From contig CBDCWG010000012.1 in NCBI GenBank assembly GCA_965223345.1, positions 256,001 to 320,000 of the forward strand: DNA of 64,000 nt, written 5' to 3'. This document shows positions 38,639 to 48,157 of the stretch, in pieces. The notes beneath the pieces are model-generated. The model was not told where the DNA came from, did not search any database, and saw only the letters and a program-made list of their open reading frames with translations. The DNA is from Nitrospinales bacterium (lineage in GTDB: Bacteria > Nitrospinota > Nitrospinia > Nitrospinales > VA-1). Numbering within the stretch: position 1 is the first letter of the stretch; every line of letters begins with the position of its first letter. The translations under genes and the position numbers were made by a program.

Positions 38639-39910
38639 TTGCTCGCGGCCGGCTTTTTTTTCCTGACGGCGGCCGCCGCATCGCCGGTTTTCTCCGCTTC
38701 CAAAATGGGGGTCGAGGAACTGGACCGGCTGATCGCCCTGCACACCCCGCAACCGGCGCCGGAGGATTCCGCCTCGCTTGAGACAGTGGAGAAAACCCTC
38801 GACCTGGGGGATCTGGCACAGGACGTGCGGTTTGTGATTCCCGGTTTCGCTGAGTTCGGCTGCGGTGAATGCCATGAGGCCGAAGCGCTCCTCACCCGTT
38901 CCGCGGAACGCATGCACGGCGTGCTCGAGGACCTGCAATCCGCCTTTCCCGCAATCAAACCGGTTCCGCTGAAGCAATACCTCATCCAGCCCTGGGCGGA
39001 CGAGTTTTTGCACCCGCGCCAGTTCGCGCACACCACCTTCGACACGATCCGCATCTTTCCGCGCACAATCCTCATCGACGATGCGGTTTACGGCAACGCG
39101 ACGCAGCTGCACGAATCGCTTCACCTCACCCAGCCCTTCATCGGGCACGCCAACGAGCTGGAGGCGTACGGCCTCAACATCCGCTCGGACCCGAAATTCC
39201 TGCTGCTCAACTTTCCCTATTTCGCGGATGTGGTGACGGCTTTTTTCATCCCGGAGTTTCACGACATCCTGAAAGCGTTCTACGCGCAGCCGGTGCGGGA
39301 GCGGCTCAGGGTTTCGCGGGAAGTGCAGTGGTTTTTGCTGCCGTTCGAGGAAACGCACCTCGCGGCGCTGGCTCAGGCTGTGAAAGACATGCAGCCGGTG
39401 CTGGAGGAAATGAGCCGGCTGATGCGCGCGCATCCCGTGGCGGCGAGCTACCTGAGCGAGCAGACGGGCAACCCCGCGCTGCTGCTGGAAATCGCCGCCG
39501 CCAGGCTGCTGCCGCTGCCGCCTGCGGACATGAATGAATCGCTGCGCAAGAAAGCCTGGGCGTTGTTCGACACGCAGATCCGCAAAACCGACAACACGCG
39601 GCTCGGGTACAAAATCGACCGCAAAAAGGAAGCGCTATTGACGTTGAAATTCCAGCACGGAGTTGTCGGCCCGGAAGGGCTGCATCTGTACTTTCACTTT
39701 TTGCGGGACCGCTTCGTGAAACCGGACGGGGAAGTGGAACTGGTGGTGGAGGATGAGGAAGATTTTGCGGCGTTCACGCAGGCGCAGCTCAAAAAGATCC
39801 GCACGCTGGGCGCATCCAAACGGCTCACGCCTGTGGAACGCAAAGCCGCGGACGTTCTGATCGAAACCATCGAGAACGAACTCGCCGCCGCTCCCACGGG
39901 CGCGCCCTGA
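38639..39910 (+). CDS. Exported hypothetical protein with CxxCH and HExxH motifs (start uncertain)
   Basis: Hydrophobic N-terminus, CGECH, LHESLH...ELEAY. Confidence 0.7.
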   Translation: MLAAGFFFLTAAAASPVFSASKMGVEELDRLIALHTPQPAPEDSASLETVEKTLDLGDLAQDVRFVIPGFAEFGCGECHEAEALLTRSAERMHGVLEDLQSAFPAIKPVPLKQYLIQPWADEFLHPRQFAHTTFDTIRIFPRTILIDDAVYGNATQLHESLHLTQPFIGHANELEAYGLNIRSDPKFLLLNFPYFADVVTAFFIPEFHDILKAFYAQPVRERLRVSREVQWFLLPFEETHLAALAQAVKDMQPVLEEMSRLMRAHPVAASYLSEQTGNPALLLEIAAARLLPLPPADMNESLRKKAWALFDTQIRKTDNTRLGYKIDRKKEALLTLKFQHGVVGPEGLHLYFHFLRDRFVKPDGEVELVVEDEEDFAAFTQAQLKKIRTLGASKRLTPVERKAADVLIETIENELAAAPTGAP

Positions 39911-39940
39911 AGCGCGCCGGTATCGGGGAAACGTTTATGC

Positions 39941-40474
39941 TTACAGCTTGCTCGCGGGGGTGACCATCGCGGGACCTTTGACGTGGTCCTCGAGGGTCTC
40001 GTTCTGCACCTTGTCCTGCAGCTTGATCAGCGCGTCGATCACCATTTCCGGGCGCGGCGGACAGCCCGGGATGTACACGTCCACCGGGATGATGGTGTCG
40101 ATGCCCATGACGGTGGCGTAGTTGTCGTAAAAGCCGCCGGAGACGGTGCACACGCCGTACGCGACCACCCATTTGGGCTCGGTCATCTGGTTGTAGACTT
40201 TGACCAGAATGGGCGCCTGTTTGTGGCTGATGGTTCCCACGACCATGAGCAGGTCGGCCTGCCGCGGTGAAAACCGGGGAAAGGCAGCGCCCAGCCGGTC
40301 GAGATCGTATCGGGGCCCGGCGACGGACATGAACTCCATTCCGCAGCAAGCGGTGATGAAGGGGTAAATGAAGAAGGAATATTTTCTCGCCCAGTTGATC
40401 GCCTGCGTCATCTGAGTGACGATCACGTTGTTGCCCAGACTCAACTCGGCTTCGGATTGGTACAGGTTGGCCAT
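39941..40474 (-). CDS. nuoB: NADH-quinone oxidoreductase subunit B (stand-alone)
   Basis: ACCGMEFM, FSPRQAD, GVCTVSGG, DVYIPGCPPRPE. Confidence 0.92.
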   Translation of the reverse strand: MANLYQSEAELSLGNNVIVTQMTQAINWARKYSFFIYPFITACCGMEFMSVAGPRYDLDRLGAAFPRFSPRQADLLMVVGTISHKQAPILVKVYNQMTEPKWVVAYGVCTVSGGFYDNYATVMGIDTIIPVDVYIPGCPPRPEMVIDALIKLQDKVQNETLEDHVKGPAMVTPASKL

Positions 40475-40867
40475 TACTTGCACTCCTTTGTTTGCGTGAT
40501 TCACTTGCGGCCGTTTGACTTCTCATCATAAAAGATTTCACTCGAATTTCCAATCAATTCGAGGCCAGGAGCCGCATTTCACCCGGCCCGCTCCGGTGCG
40601 GTTTCCCGCGCTAAAGGCTGCGCGGACCGCCGCGCCCGGCACTCGGCCCTGTGCGGCGATGCAAGCGTTTAACCCGCAATTTCAACGGCTTCGGGCAGAG
40701 CCGGGCGGCTGCAAAATTTTGCCGGAACGGTGAGGGGAAATGCTATAATTGCCTCAAAATCGAACGTCGGGCTGCATCGGGTATTCCATCCGCTTGTCGA
40801 GGAATATCGGCCCCTTGAAACGCACCCGCCGCTTTGCGGAACCGGCGTGCCTCGGAGAAACGGATTT

Positions 40868-41416
40868 ATGGATTACACGAAGAACAAGGAAGCGAAGGGA
40901 CAGAACCGCGTCTCGGAAGAAACCGAGATGATCGTGCGTGACAATCTGAGCAAAGACGGCAAGACGCTGGATCTGACCGCGGCGTACCTCAAGGAATACG
41001 GCGCGAAGGACATCGCTTCTTTTGAATTTCTGCGGGATCTCAACACGCTGGAGATGGGCACCAATCTCATCGGTCCCAAAGGCGCGAAGCACCTGGCGAA
41101 AAGCACCGTCCTCACCAACCTCAAAACGCTCAACCTGTTCTACAACGAAATCGGCAACGAAGGCGTGAAGTTCATCGCGGTTTCGGACAACCTGCAAAGC
41201 CTGCAGAATCTGGTGCTCTCGGACAACAACATCACCGACGAGGGCGCGCTGATGCTGGCCAAATTCTTACCGCTGTTTCCCAATCTGCTGCGCCTCGACA
41301 TGCGGCTCAACAAACTGAAGGACGAAGGGAAACAGGCACTTGAGGATGCGAAAAAACTCTCCAAGGTCAAGCACCTGCTGCTCGACAAGGTCGAAGGCTT
41401 TCAGGTGAAGTCCTGA
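40868..41416 (+). CDS. Leucine-rich repeat protein (RI-like)
   Basis: About 28-aa repeats LxxLxLxxNxIxxxG. Confidence 0.85.
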   Translation: MDYTKNKEAKGQNRVSEETEMIVRDNLSKDGKTLDLTAAYLKEYGAKDIASFEFLRDLNTLEMGTNLIGPKGAKHLAKSTVLTNLKTLNLFYNEIGNEGVKFIAVSDNLQSLQNLVLSDNNITDEGALMLAKFLPLFPNLLRLDMRLNKLKDEGKQALEDAKKLSKVKHLLLDKVEGFQVKS

Positions 41417-41529
41417 CTCCTGCGCGGAGGGCGTACTTACTCACGCCGCGCCGGACTTTCCGGTTCAACGCAACGTTTTCTAGAAAGCCGTTCTCCTCCA
41501 CGCAGCGCGTGTTGACGCACGCCGCGCCG
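41417..41529 (+). repeat. Triple-hairpin dispersed repeat, copy 1 plus a degenerate second unit
   Basis: CTCCTGCGCGGAGGGCGT..CTCACGCCGCGCCGGACTTTCCGGTT matches 48158-48247. Confidence 0.85.
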
Positions 41530-41537
41530 CTCCCCCA

Positions 41538-42377
41538 TCACACATTTTTTACAGGCACCAGCGCTTCGTCGAGCAATGGGCGGACGTCGGCGAAATCGAT
41601 TCCGGTCAGCGCGATCGACTGCCGCACGCCGGGATGTTTGTACACGATGTTCCAGAGCTGGTTGCCCATCTCCTCGATGTTCTGCATCACCGGGGTGAGC
41701 CCGTCCTCGCGCAGCAGCCGCAGCAGATCCAGTCCGACCGCCTGCCATTTTTCTCCGGCCTCCACACAGCTTTTGTAGAACGCAAGTTCCGGCTGCACGC
41801 GATCGAGGCTCGCGCGCAAGGGATGCGCTTCGGCCGCGCCGGGAAACAGCGCCTGAAATTGTTTCTCCGCGTTTCTGGCTCGAAAGCCGGTGAACCAGTA
41901 ACCGGTGCGCCTGCCGTTGAGGGCGCGCAGCGTCGCCGCCAGCGCCTCGGCCTGGGTGAGCCGTTCGACATCGATCTCTTTTTCCAAAAGCGGTGAAGCG
42001 AATTCCTTTTTGCGGCGCTCGCGGATTTCGTGCAGGGTGCGGTACAACTCGCGCAGCACGGCGTTGAGGTTGGCGACGGTGACCGGGTCTCCGGGGTTTC
42101 TCAGTTCTTTGAGCGAATCCACCTGCACATCGAGGTTGCGGTCGGAGGTTTCGATGAAATTGATCGCGGGGATTTCCAGCAGCGTCTCGAACGCGCCGGG
42201 GCTGACGGTCAGATCGATGCCGTGGTTGTCTTTGAGCCAGCGCAGGCTTTTGCGGCATTTCACGATGTCGCGCAGCACCTCCACCACCATCTCCAGCGGT
42301 TCGCCGGTGGCTTCGAGGGCGTCCCCCTTGGCGGGGTCGTCGAGCAGTTTTACGAGGATGCGTTTCGGGTCGCGCAT
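41538..42377 (-). CDS. Hypothetical protein
   Basis: 279-aa helical-looking ORF from MRDPKRIL; no family recognised. Confidence 0.7.
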   Translation of the reverse strand: MRDPKRILVKLLDDPAKGDALEATGEPLEMVVEVLRDIVKCRKSLRWLKDNHGIDLTVSPGAFETLLEIPAINFIETSDRNLDVQVDSLKELRNPGDPVTVANLNAVLRELYRTLHEIRERRKKEFASPLLEKEIDVERLTQAEALAATLRALNGRRTGYWFTGFRARNAEKQFQALFPGAAEAHPLRASLDRVQPELAFYKSCVEAGEKWQAVGLDLLRLLREDGLTPVMQNIEEMGNQLWNIVYKHPGVRQSIALTGIDFADVRPLLDEALVPVKNV

Positions 42378-42535
42378 GTTTGTTCTGAATGTTTTTAACG
42401 GCCCGCGTTGCCGGTTTTTTGCGGCCCTACGCGGCCGGGGATCGCGGTTGATTTTTACATGAATCCTGCTACCATTCGCACCAGCCTCAAGCGATACCGT
42501 CATTGTACGCAACAAATCCGCGGGAACACAAGCCG

Positions 42536-42618
42536 GCCGGAGTGGTGGAATGGCATACACAAAGGACTTAAAATCCTTCCCCCGAAAGGGGTTGTGGGTT
42601 CGAATCCCACCTCCGGCA
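42536..42618 (+). tRNA. tRNA-Leu(TAA); CCA not encoded
   Basis: GCCGGAG/CTCCGGC acceptor stem; TGG D-loop; AAGGA-CTTAAAA-TCCTT anticodon arm; CCCC-GAAA-GGGG variable arm; GTTCGAATC T-loop. Confidence 0.95.
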
Positions 42619-42621
42619 CTC

Positions 42622-42653
42622 CTCCCCGGAGGGCGTGTGTGCTCACGCTGCGC
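42622..42653 (+). repeat. Partial copy of the dispersed repeat directly after the tRNA
   Basis: CTCCCCGGAGGGCGTGTGTGCTCACGCTGCGC. Confidence 0.75.
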
Positions 42654-42904
42654 AATGGCTTCGATTTCGGGTTCAAACTCCCTTCTTGAAACCGCTCCCC
42701 TCGCCGTGTGGGCGGTTTGCGGGCGACGGGCGGAATTCCATCCGTTACGTTTGGGCTTTCCTTTTGAATCCGCACCCCGCGGAGGGCACTCCTGCGCGGA
42801 AGGCGGATTCGCTGACGACGGGCAACATTCTATCGCTTGCGTTTGAATTTTCTTTTGGGATTCGCGCTCTGCAAAAGGCTCCGTGTGACAGGTCAGAGAT
42901 CGCA

Positions 42905-43042
42905 ATGAATGCTGCTGAAAAAAAACCGGCACCCAAAAAACGCGAGGAAAACCGTGTGTTCACGGTGTTCGTGCATGTGGGCTATTCGATCCTGATCATT
43001 TCGATGCTGGGCTGGATGATCTACATGGAATTTTTCATGTGA
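42905..43042 (+). CDS. 45-aa single-TM small protein
   Basis: MNAAEKKPAPKKREENRVFTVFVHVGYSILIISMLGWMIYMEFFM. Confidence 0.55.
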   Translation: MNAAEKKPAPKKREENRVFTVFVHVGYSILIISMLGWMIYMEFFM

Positions 43043-43053
43043 CGGCCCGTCGG

Positions 43054-43635
43054 TCATTCGATCACGACGTAACGGGAGTCCGCATCGACCTTGCCGCCCC
43101 ATTGCTTCACTTCGTCCAGAATCTGCTCGCGGGTGAAGTGCGTCCGGTCCTCGCAAACCCGTTCCGCAAAATTGGCGCACCGCACTTCGCCCTCCGCGTC
43201 CACCGTCCAGACGATCTCGCTGTCCGAATGCCGCGCGGTGGCGGCGAAGGAACCGGCATCACCTGAGATCAGAGTCACGTTGGCGCTGCCCATATCCGGG
43301 CTCCACTCGGGTGGATGCAGCGAAAAGGAATACGGCGGCTGCGTGATCGCATCGATCCGGCATTCCGCATCCGCGCCTTCCCGCTGCCAGAACAGGCGGC
43401 AGTTGTTGCGCAATTCCCACAGCTGGCCGCGCGCCATGTTCTCCTGCCAGGGTTCGGTCCAGCGCGGCTCGGGTCCGGAAACCGCAGCGCTGCGGGAGCC
43501 CGCCGGGACGAGCGTGAACCCCGCACCGGCGTCTTTGGGTTTTGCCTTGAGAAGAGAGTGGATGAGCCCGGCGCCGCCCACAAACAGGACGAGGCCGGCG
43601 GTCCACAGCATCTGCTTCATGAAGGAGGATTTCAT
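43054..43635 (-). CDS. Membrane-anchored hypothetical protein, possibly with a pilin-like globular domain
   Basis: TM helix, Cys pairs, SFAATARH..WTVDAEG; sigma54 site upstream. Confidence 0.65.
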   Translation of the reverse strand: MKSSFMKQMLWTAGLVLFVGGAGLIHSLLKAKPKDAGAGFTLVPAGSRSAAVSGPEPRWTEPWQENMARGQLWELRNNCRLFWQREGADAECRIDAITQPPYSFSLHPPEWSPDMGSANVTLISGDAGSFAATARHSDSEIVWTVDAEGEVRCANFAERVCEDRTHFTREQILDEVKQWGGKVDADSRYVVIE

Positions 43636-43670
43636 AGGCCTTCCCGAGTTGATAAAATTTACGCTATAAG

Positions 43671-43686
43671 AGCAAAGCCGGTGCCA
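43671..43686 (-). promoter_or_regulatory. sigma54 (-24/-12) promoter
   Basis: TGGCAC-CGGCT-TTGCT, 35 nt upstream of the ATG at 43635. Confidence 0.75.
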
Positions 43687-43806
43687 AAATATTTTCCTTT
43701 GAAAAACCGCCTGTTTTTGATTTAAGACCATCAGGTTGACCGGATAGCGTCCGATTTTTCAGACACCGGTCGCAGGCTACTCAGACTTTTTCACTCGGAC
43801 CCGATC

Positions 43807-45222
43807 ATGAACTACCAACGCGCGCTCTGCTGGATACGCCGGGACCTCAGGCTTTCCGATCACGCCGCCCTCGCCCAGGCGACGCGCGCGGCGCAACAGG
43901 TCTTCGTCGTGTTCGTGTTCGACACGAACATTCTCGACCGGCTGAAAGATGAGGACGACCGCAGGTTGAGCTTCATCGCCGACTCGCTTGAGGAGGTGCA
44001 GGCGGCGCTGCGTGAAAAAGGATCGGATCTCATCGTGCGGCACGGAGACCCGGTGCGGGAAATCCCCAAGCTGGTGCGGGAGCTGAAAGCGGAGGCGCTT
44101 TTCTTCAACCGCGATCACGAACCGCAGGCCAAACGGCGGGATGAGAAGGTCACGCAAGCGGTGCAGGCGCTGGGTGCGGACAGTCATTCTTATAAAGATC
44201 AGGTGGTGTTCGCATTTCCGGAGATCGTCACGCAGCAGGGCCAGCCGTATCGCGTGTTCACACCCTACAAGCGCGCCTGGCTGGCGACGCTCGATCCCTC
44301 GCACAGCGCCGAACTCAAGCCCAACCTGAAACGCCTGGCGGCCAAAAAGCAGATCGCTCCGCATGCCTGGAACTGGGATCTCAAAAAAATCGGATTCACT
44401 CCCAACACGCTGTGGCTCGATGCGGGACCCAAGGCGGCGCGCCAGCGGCTGAAACGGTTTTTGCGATCCATCGACGCCTATCACGATGAGCGCAATTTTC
44501 CCGCCCGGCGCGCGGGCACGTCCGGGCTGTCGGTGCACCTGCGCTTTGGCACGCTCTCGGTGCGCCAAGCGGTGCGGGCGGCGCGCCAGCGGGACGGCGA
44601 GGGAGCGCAGGTGTGGCTTTCCGAGTTGATCTGGCGGGATTTTTACCAGACGCTGCTCGACCGGTTTCCGCATGTGGTGGACGGCTGTTTCAATGCGAAG
44701 TTCGACAAGCTGCGCTGGCCGGGAAAGCCGGAGCACTTTCATCTTTGGTGCGAAGGCCGGACCGGTTACCCGCTCGTCGATGCGGCGATGCGGCATTTCA
44801 AGGAGACCGGCTGGATGCACAACCGGCTGCGCATGGTGGTGGCGAGTTTTCTCACGAAGGATCTTTTGATCGACTGGCGGCAGGGCGAGGCGTGGTTCGC
44901 GCGCTTTCTGCTGGATTTCGATCTGGCCGCCAACAACGGCGGCTGGCAGTGGTGCGCGTCCACCGGCTGCGACGCGCAGCCGTGGTTCCGCATCTTCAAC
45001 CCGGTGAACCAGTCGAAAAAATTCGACCCTGAAGGCGCGTTCATTCGGGAACACCTGCCTAAGCTTTCCGGGTTTTCAAACCGGCGCATCCATTTTCCGG
45101 CCAAGGCGAGCGCGAAGGAGCAGGAGCAGGCGGACTGCGTCCTCGGCGAGGATTATCCCCTGCCTATCGTGGACCACGCGGTGCAGCGGGAAAAAGCGCT
45201 GGAGCTGTTCAAGGCGGTTTGA
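43807..45222 (+). CDS. phrB: Deoxyribodipyrimidine photolyase (class I CPD-type)
   Basis: WIRRDLRLSDH, TSGLSVHLRFG, ELIWRDF, GRTGYPLVDAAMR, GWMHNRLRM, NNGGWQW, RIFNP. Confidence 0.93.
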   Translation: MNYQRALCWIRRDLRLSDHAALAQATRAAQQVFVVFVFDTNILDRLKDEDDRRLSFIADSLEEVQAALREKGSDLIVRHGDPVREIPKLVRELKAEALFFNRDHEPQAKRRDEKVTQAVQALGADSHSYKDQVVFAFPEIVTQQGQPYRVFTPYKRAWLATLDPSHSAELKPNLKRLAAKKQIAPHAWNWDLKKIGFTPNTLWLDAGPKAARQRLKRFLRSIDAYHDERNFPARRAGTSGLSVHLRFGTLSVRQAVRAARQRDGEGAQVWLSELIWRDFYQTLLDRFPHVVDGCFNAKFDKLRWPGKPEHFHLWCEGRTGYPLVDAAMRHFKETGWMHNRLRMVVASFLTKDLLIDWRQGEAWFARFLLDFDLAANNGGWQWCASTGCDAQPWFRIFNPVNQSKKFDPEGAFIREHLPKLSGFSNRRIHFPAKASAKEQEQADCVLGEDYPLPIVDHAVQREKALELFKAV

Positions 45223-45228
45223 GCCGCG

Positions 45229-46719
45229 TCACGCGCTGCAGCTCAGGCGCATGTGAACGTAGCGCGCGGGGGTTTCCTGGGCGTAGTGTTCGGGATCGAT
45301 GCCGTGCGCCGCGAATTCCTGCAGGCGGTCGTTGAACGGATCTTGGAGCAAGATCCGCAGCCGCTGGATCTCGGTGAAATCCTGCTGCTTCAGCGCCTTC
45401 TCGATGGCGTTGTGCAACAGGTAGTTTCTCAGGATGAATTTCGGGTTCACCGCATCCATGCGTTTCTTTCTTTCACCGGCGTCCTCGTCCTCCCGTTCGA
45501 TCAATTTGCCGTACTGCTGCAACCAATCTTCCAGCGGTTTCACATCCTCAAACAAATCGCGCAGCGGCGTCGTATCGCCCTCGGGAAATTCGGAGAGGCG
45601 GCGGAAAAAATTGCTGTAGTCGGCGCCGCTTTCGTACAACAGTTTGAACAGCGCCTGCACGCATTCGGAAAACCCGGCATCGTGGATTTGAAGCCCCAGC
45701 TTTTCCCCCATCCACTCGCGGTAGGCGGCGTTGTAGACGGGCTGGTATTCGGCAAGCTCGGCCTGCAGCGCATCCGGCCCGACCGCATCGACCAGCGTCT
45801 CGGCGAATTTGCTCAGGTTCCAGTGGCCGATCTCGGGCTGTTTGGCGTAGGCGTAGCGGCCGTGCGCGTCGGTGAGGTTGGGCGTGAAACCGGGCTGGAA
45901 GCGATCCATGAAACCGAAGGGGCCGTAGTCGAACGTCGCGCCGGTGATGGAAAAGTTGTCGGTGTTCATGACGCCGTGGATGAAGCCGAACGCCTGCCAC
46001 TTTGCGATCATGCGCGCGGTCTTTTGCACGACGCTGCGGAAAAACAGCCGCGGCGCGTCGCTCTCTCCGACCGCCTCGGGCAGGTGCCGCGCGATGGCGT
46101 GCTCCAGCAACGCCGCCAGGCGATCCGGCTTGTTGGTGTAATGCAGCAACTCGAAGCTGCCGATGCGGATGTGGGTGTCGGCGAGGCGCACCAGGATGGC
46201 GGCGAGTTCGGGGGTCTCGCGGTAAATGAGGTCGCGGATGCCGATGAGCGCCAGCGAGCGGGTGGTGGGGATGCCGAGCCCGTGCACCGCTTCCTGCCCC
46301 AGGTATTCGCGGATGCTGGCGCGCAGGGTCGCGCGCCCGTCGAAGCCGCGCGCGAACCGCGTGGGCCCCGCGCCTTTGAGGTGCAGATCCCAGATCTCTC
46401 CCGCGCGGTTTTCGATCTCTCCCAGCAGCAACCCGCGCCCGTCTCCCAGCCGGGGATTGTAGACGCCGAACTGGTGGCCGGAGTAGGCCATGGCCAGAGG
46501 CTGGGCTCCCGGCAGCGGCCGGTTGCCGGACAAGCAGTCCACCAGCTCCGTGCGCTCCGCTTCCGAAGGATCGAGGTCGATCAGTTTCGCCGCTTCGGGG
46601 TTGAAATCGACGAGATAGGGTTCGGACACCGGGTCGGGGGATTTCAATTGCAGGTGCTCCGCCCCCAGCGTCACGAAGCGGTTGTTGAAGTTCAGGGTTT
46701 CGAGCGTGTTCACGGGCAT
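45229..46719 (-). CDS. selO: Protein adenylyltransferase SelO (YdiU)
   Basis: YSGHQFG, LGDGRG, LKGAGPT, HGVMNTDN, FDYGPFGF; C-terminal SCSA. Confidence 0.93.
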   Translation of the reverse strand: MPVNTLETLNFNNRFVTLGAEHLQLKSPDPVSEPYLVDFNPEAAKLIDLDPSEAERTELVDCLSGNRPLPGAQPLAMAYSGHQFGVYNPRLGDGRGLLLGEIENRAGEIWDLHLKGAGPTRFARGFDGRATLRASIREYLGQEAVHGLGIPTTRSLALIGIRDLIYRETPELAAILVRLADTHIRIGSFELLHYTNKPDRLAALLEHAIARHLPEAVGESDAPRLFFRSVVQKTARMIAKWQAFGFIHGVMNTDNFSITGATFDYGPFGFMDRFQPGFTPNLTDAHGRYAYAKQPEIGHWNLSKFAETLVDAVGPDALQAELAEYQPVYNAAYREWMGEKLGLQIHDAGFSECVQALFKLLYESGADYSNFFRRLSEFPEGDTTPLRDLFEDVKPLEDWLQQYGKLIEREDEDAGERKKRMDAVNPKFILRNYLLHNAIEKALKQQDFTEIQRLRILLQDPFNDRLQEFAAHGIDPEHYAQETPARYVHMRLSCSA

Positions 46720-46986
46720 TGCCTTGGATGGTCGTTGCAGTCAGCTCCCGCGCGTGAACCCGGGGCGTGGGGATGGGATGCAGGTTTTGGGTGTTTGGAT
46801 TCGGATTGACTCCGCGCCGCATAGGCACTGGCTCGCGCCGTGCAGAATCGTCCCGTGGCTTCTCAATGCAAAACATCCGTGCTGCGAAAATCGGTGCCGC
46901 CGGCGCAGGGGCAATTTCTTTGCTTTGCGCGGGCAACTGACTTAGACTGATGCGAATTCAACCCGTTTCGAGGAACGATCGTCATC

Positions 46987-47454
46987 ATGAAAAAAGCCAC
47001 ATTCGGGGCAGGCTGTTTTTGGGGTGTGGAGCTGGCATTCGCAAAAATCGCCGGCGTGACCGCCACGGCGGTCGGCTACAGCGGCGGCGCAGCGCCCAAC
47101 CCGACTTACGAGATGGTGTGCACGGGGCAGACCGGGCACGCGGAGGTGGTGGAGGTGGAATTCGACGCAACGCGCGTTGCGTATGAAGACCTGCTGGAAA
47201 CGTTCTGGTCGATTCACGACCCCACGACCCTCAATCGTCAGGGACCGGATATCGGCACGCAATACCGGTCGGCGATTTTTTTCCACGACAAGGCCCAGGA
47301 AACCGCCGCCCTCGCCTCACGCGATGCGCAGCAGGCTTCGGGCCGCTTTCGCAACCCCATCGTCACCGAGATCGCCCCGGCGCAGACGTTTTACCGGGCC
47401 GAGGAATACCATCAGCGCTATCTGGAAAAACGCGGCATGGGCAGCTGCCACTGA
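46987..47454 (+). CDS. msrA: Peptide methionine sulfoxide reductase A
   Basis: [29 protein letters not shown]. Confidence 0.96.
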   Translation: MKKATFGAGCFWGVELAFAKIAGVTATAVGYSGGAAPNPTYEMVCTGQTGHAEVVEVEFDATRVAYEDLLETFWSIHDPTTLNRQGPDIGTQYRSAIFFHDKAQETAALASRDAQQASGRFRNPIVTEIAPAQTFYRAEEYHQRYLEKRGMGSCH

Positions 47455-47481
47455 TTCACCCGCATCGAGGTCTTTGTTGAC

Positions 47482-48156
47482 GTGCAACGCGATTATGACA
47501 TTTTGAAACTGAAGCCGGGTGCGAGCTGGTTGGAAGTCAAGCAGGCCTACAAGAAGCGCGTGCTGGAATGGCACCCCGACCGCTTCCCGGCGGACGACGC
47601 GAAGAAGCAGAAACGCGCCACGCAGATGTTCACAGAGATCACCGCCGCCTACACGCGCCTGGAAGCCAGGCACACGCGCAACGAACAGGGAAAATTCGCC
47701 GACGAGCAGCCGGAGTACGAAAATGTGTCCAGCGGCGGCGGTCCCTCCGGCAGCGCCTGGCAGGACACGGCAACGCAGAATCTGCCGCAGTTCATGACGC
47801 GCACCTGGGACAACGGCGACAAGTACGAGGGCATGGTGCTCAATGAAATGATGCACGGCCAGGGCATTTTCACGTATCGCGACGGTTCGGTGTACTCGGG
47901 GCAGTTCCGTTTCGGAAAAATGGAAGGCCAGGGGACGCTGGTGTACCCGAACGGCGACAAATACTCGGGCGGTTTCCGGGAAAACCGTTTCCACGGTCAG
48001 GGCAAAATGAATTTTGCCAACGGCGACCGCTACATGGGCGGGTTCGTCAACGACCAGTACCACGGACAGGGCGTGTTCGTGTCTGAAGGCAAAGTTTACG
48101 CCGGCCAGTGGGAATACGGTTCGCTGAGCGTCGAGGAACCGCCGCGCGGTTTCTGA
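47482..48156 (+). CDS. J-domain plus MORN-repeat protein
   Basis: WHPDRF; four to five YxGxFxxxxxHGQG repeats. Confidence 0.85.
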   Translation: MQRDYDILKLKPGASWLEVKQAYKKRVLEWHPDRFPADDAKKQKRATQMFTEITAAYTRLEARHTRNEQGKFADEQPEYENVSSGGGPSGSAWQDTATQNLPQFMTRTWDNGDKYEGMVLNEMMHGQGIFTYRDGSVYSGQFRFGKMEGQGTLVYPNGDKYSGGFRENRFHGQGKMNFANGDRYMGGFVNDQYHGQGVFVSEGKVYAGQWEYGSLSVEEPPRGF

Positions 48157-48157
48157 T

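Noticed and set aside
45229..45250. Selenocysteine recoding at the SelO C-terminus
   Set aside because: Ends in SCSA then TGA, 6 nt from the convergent phrB; this is the Cys form with no room for an extension or SECIS
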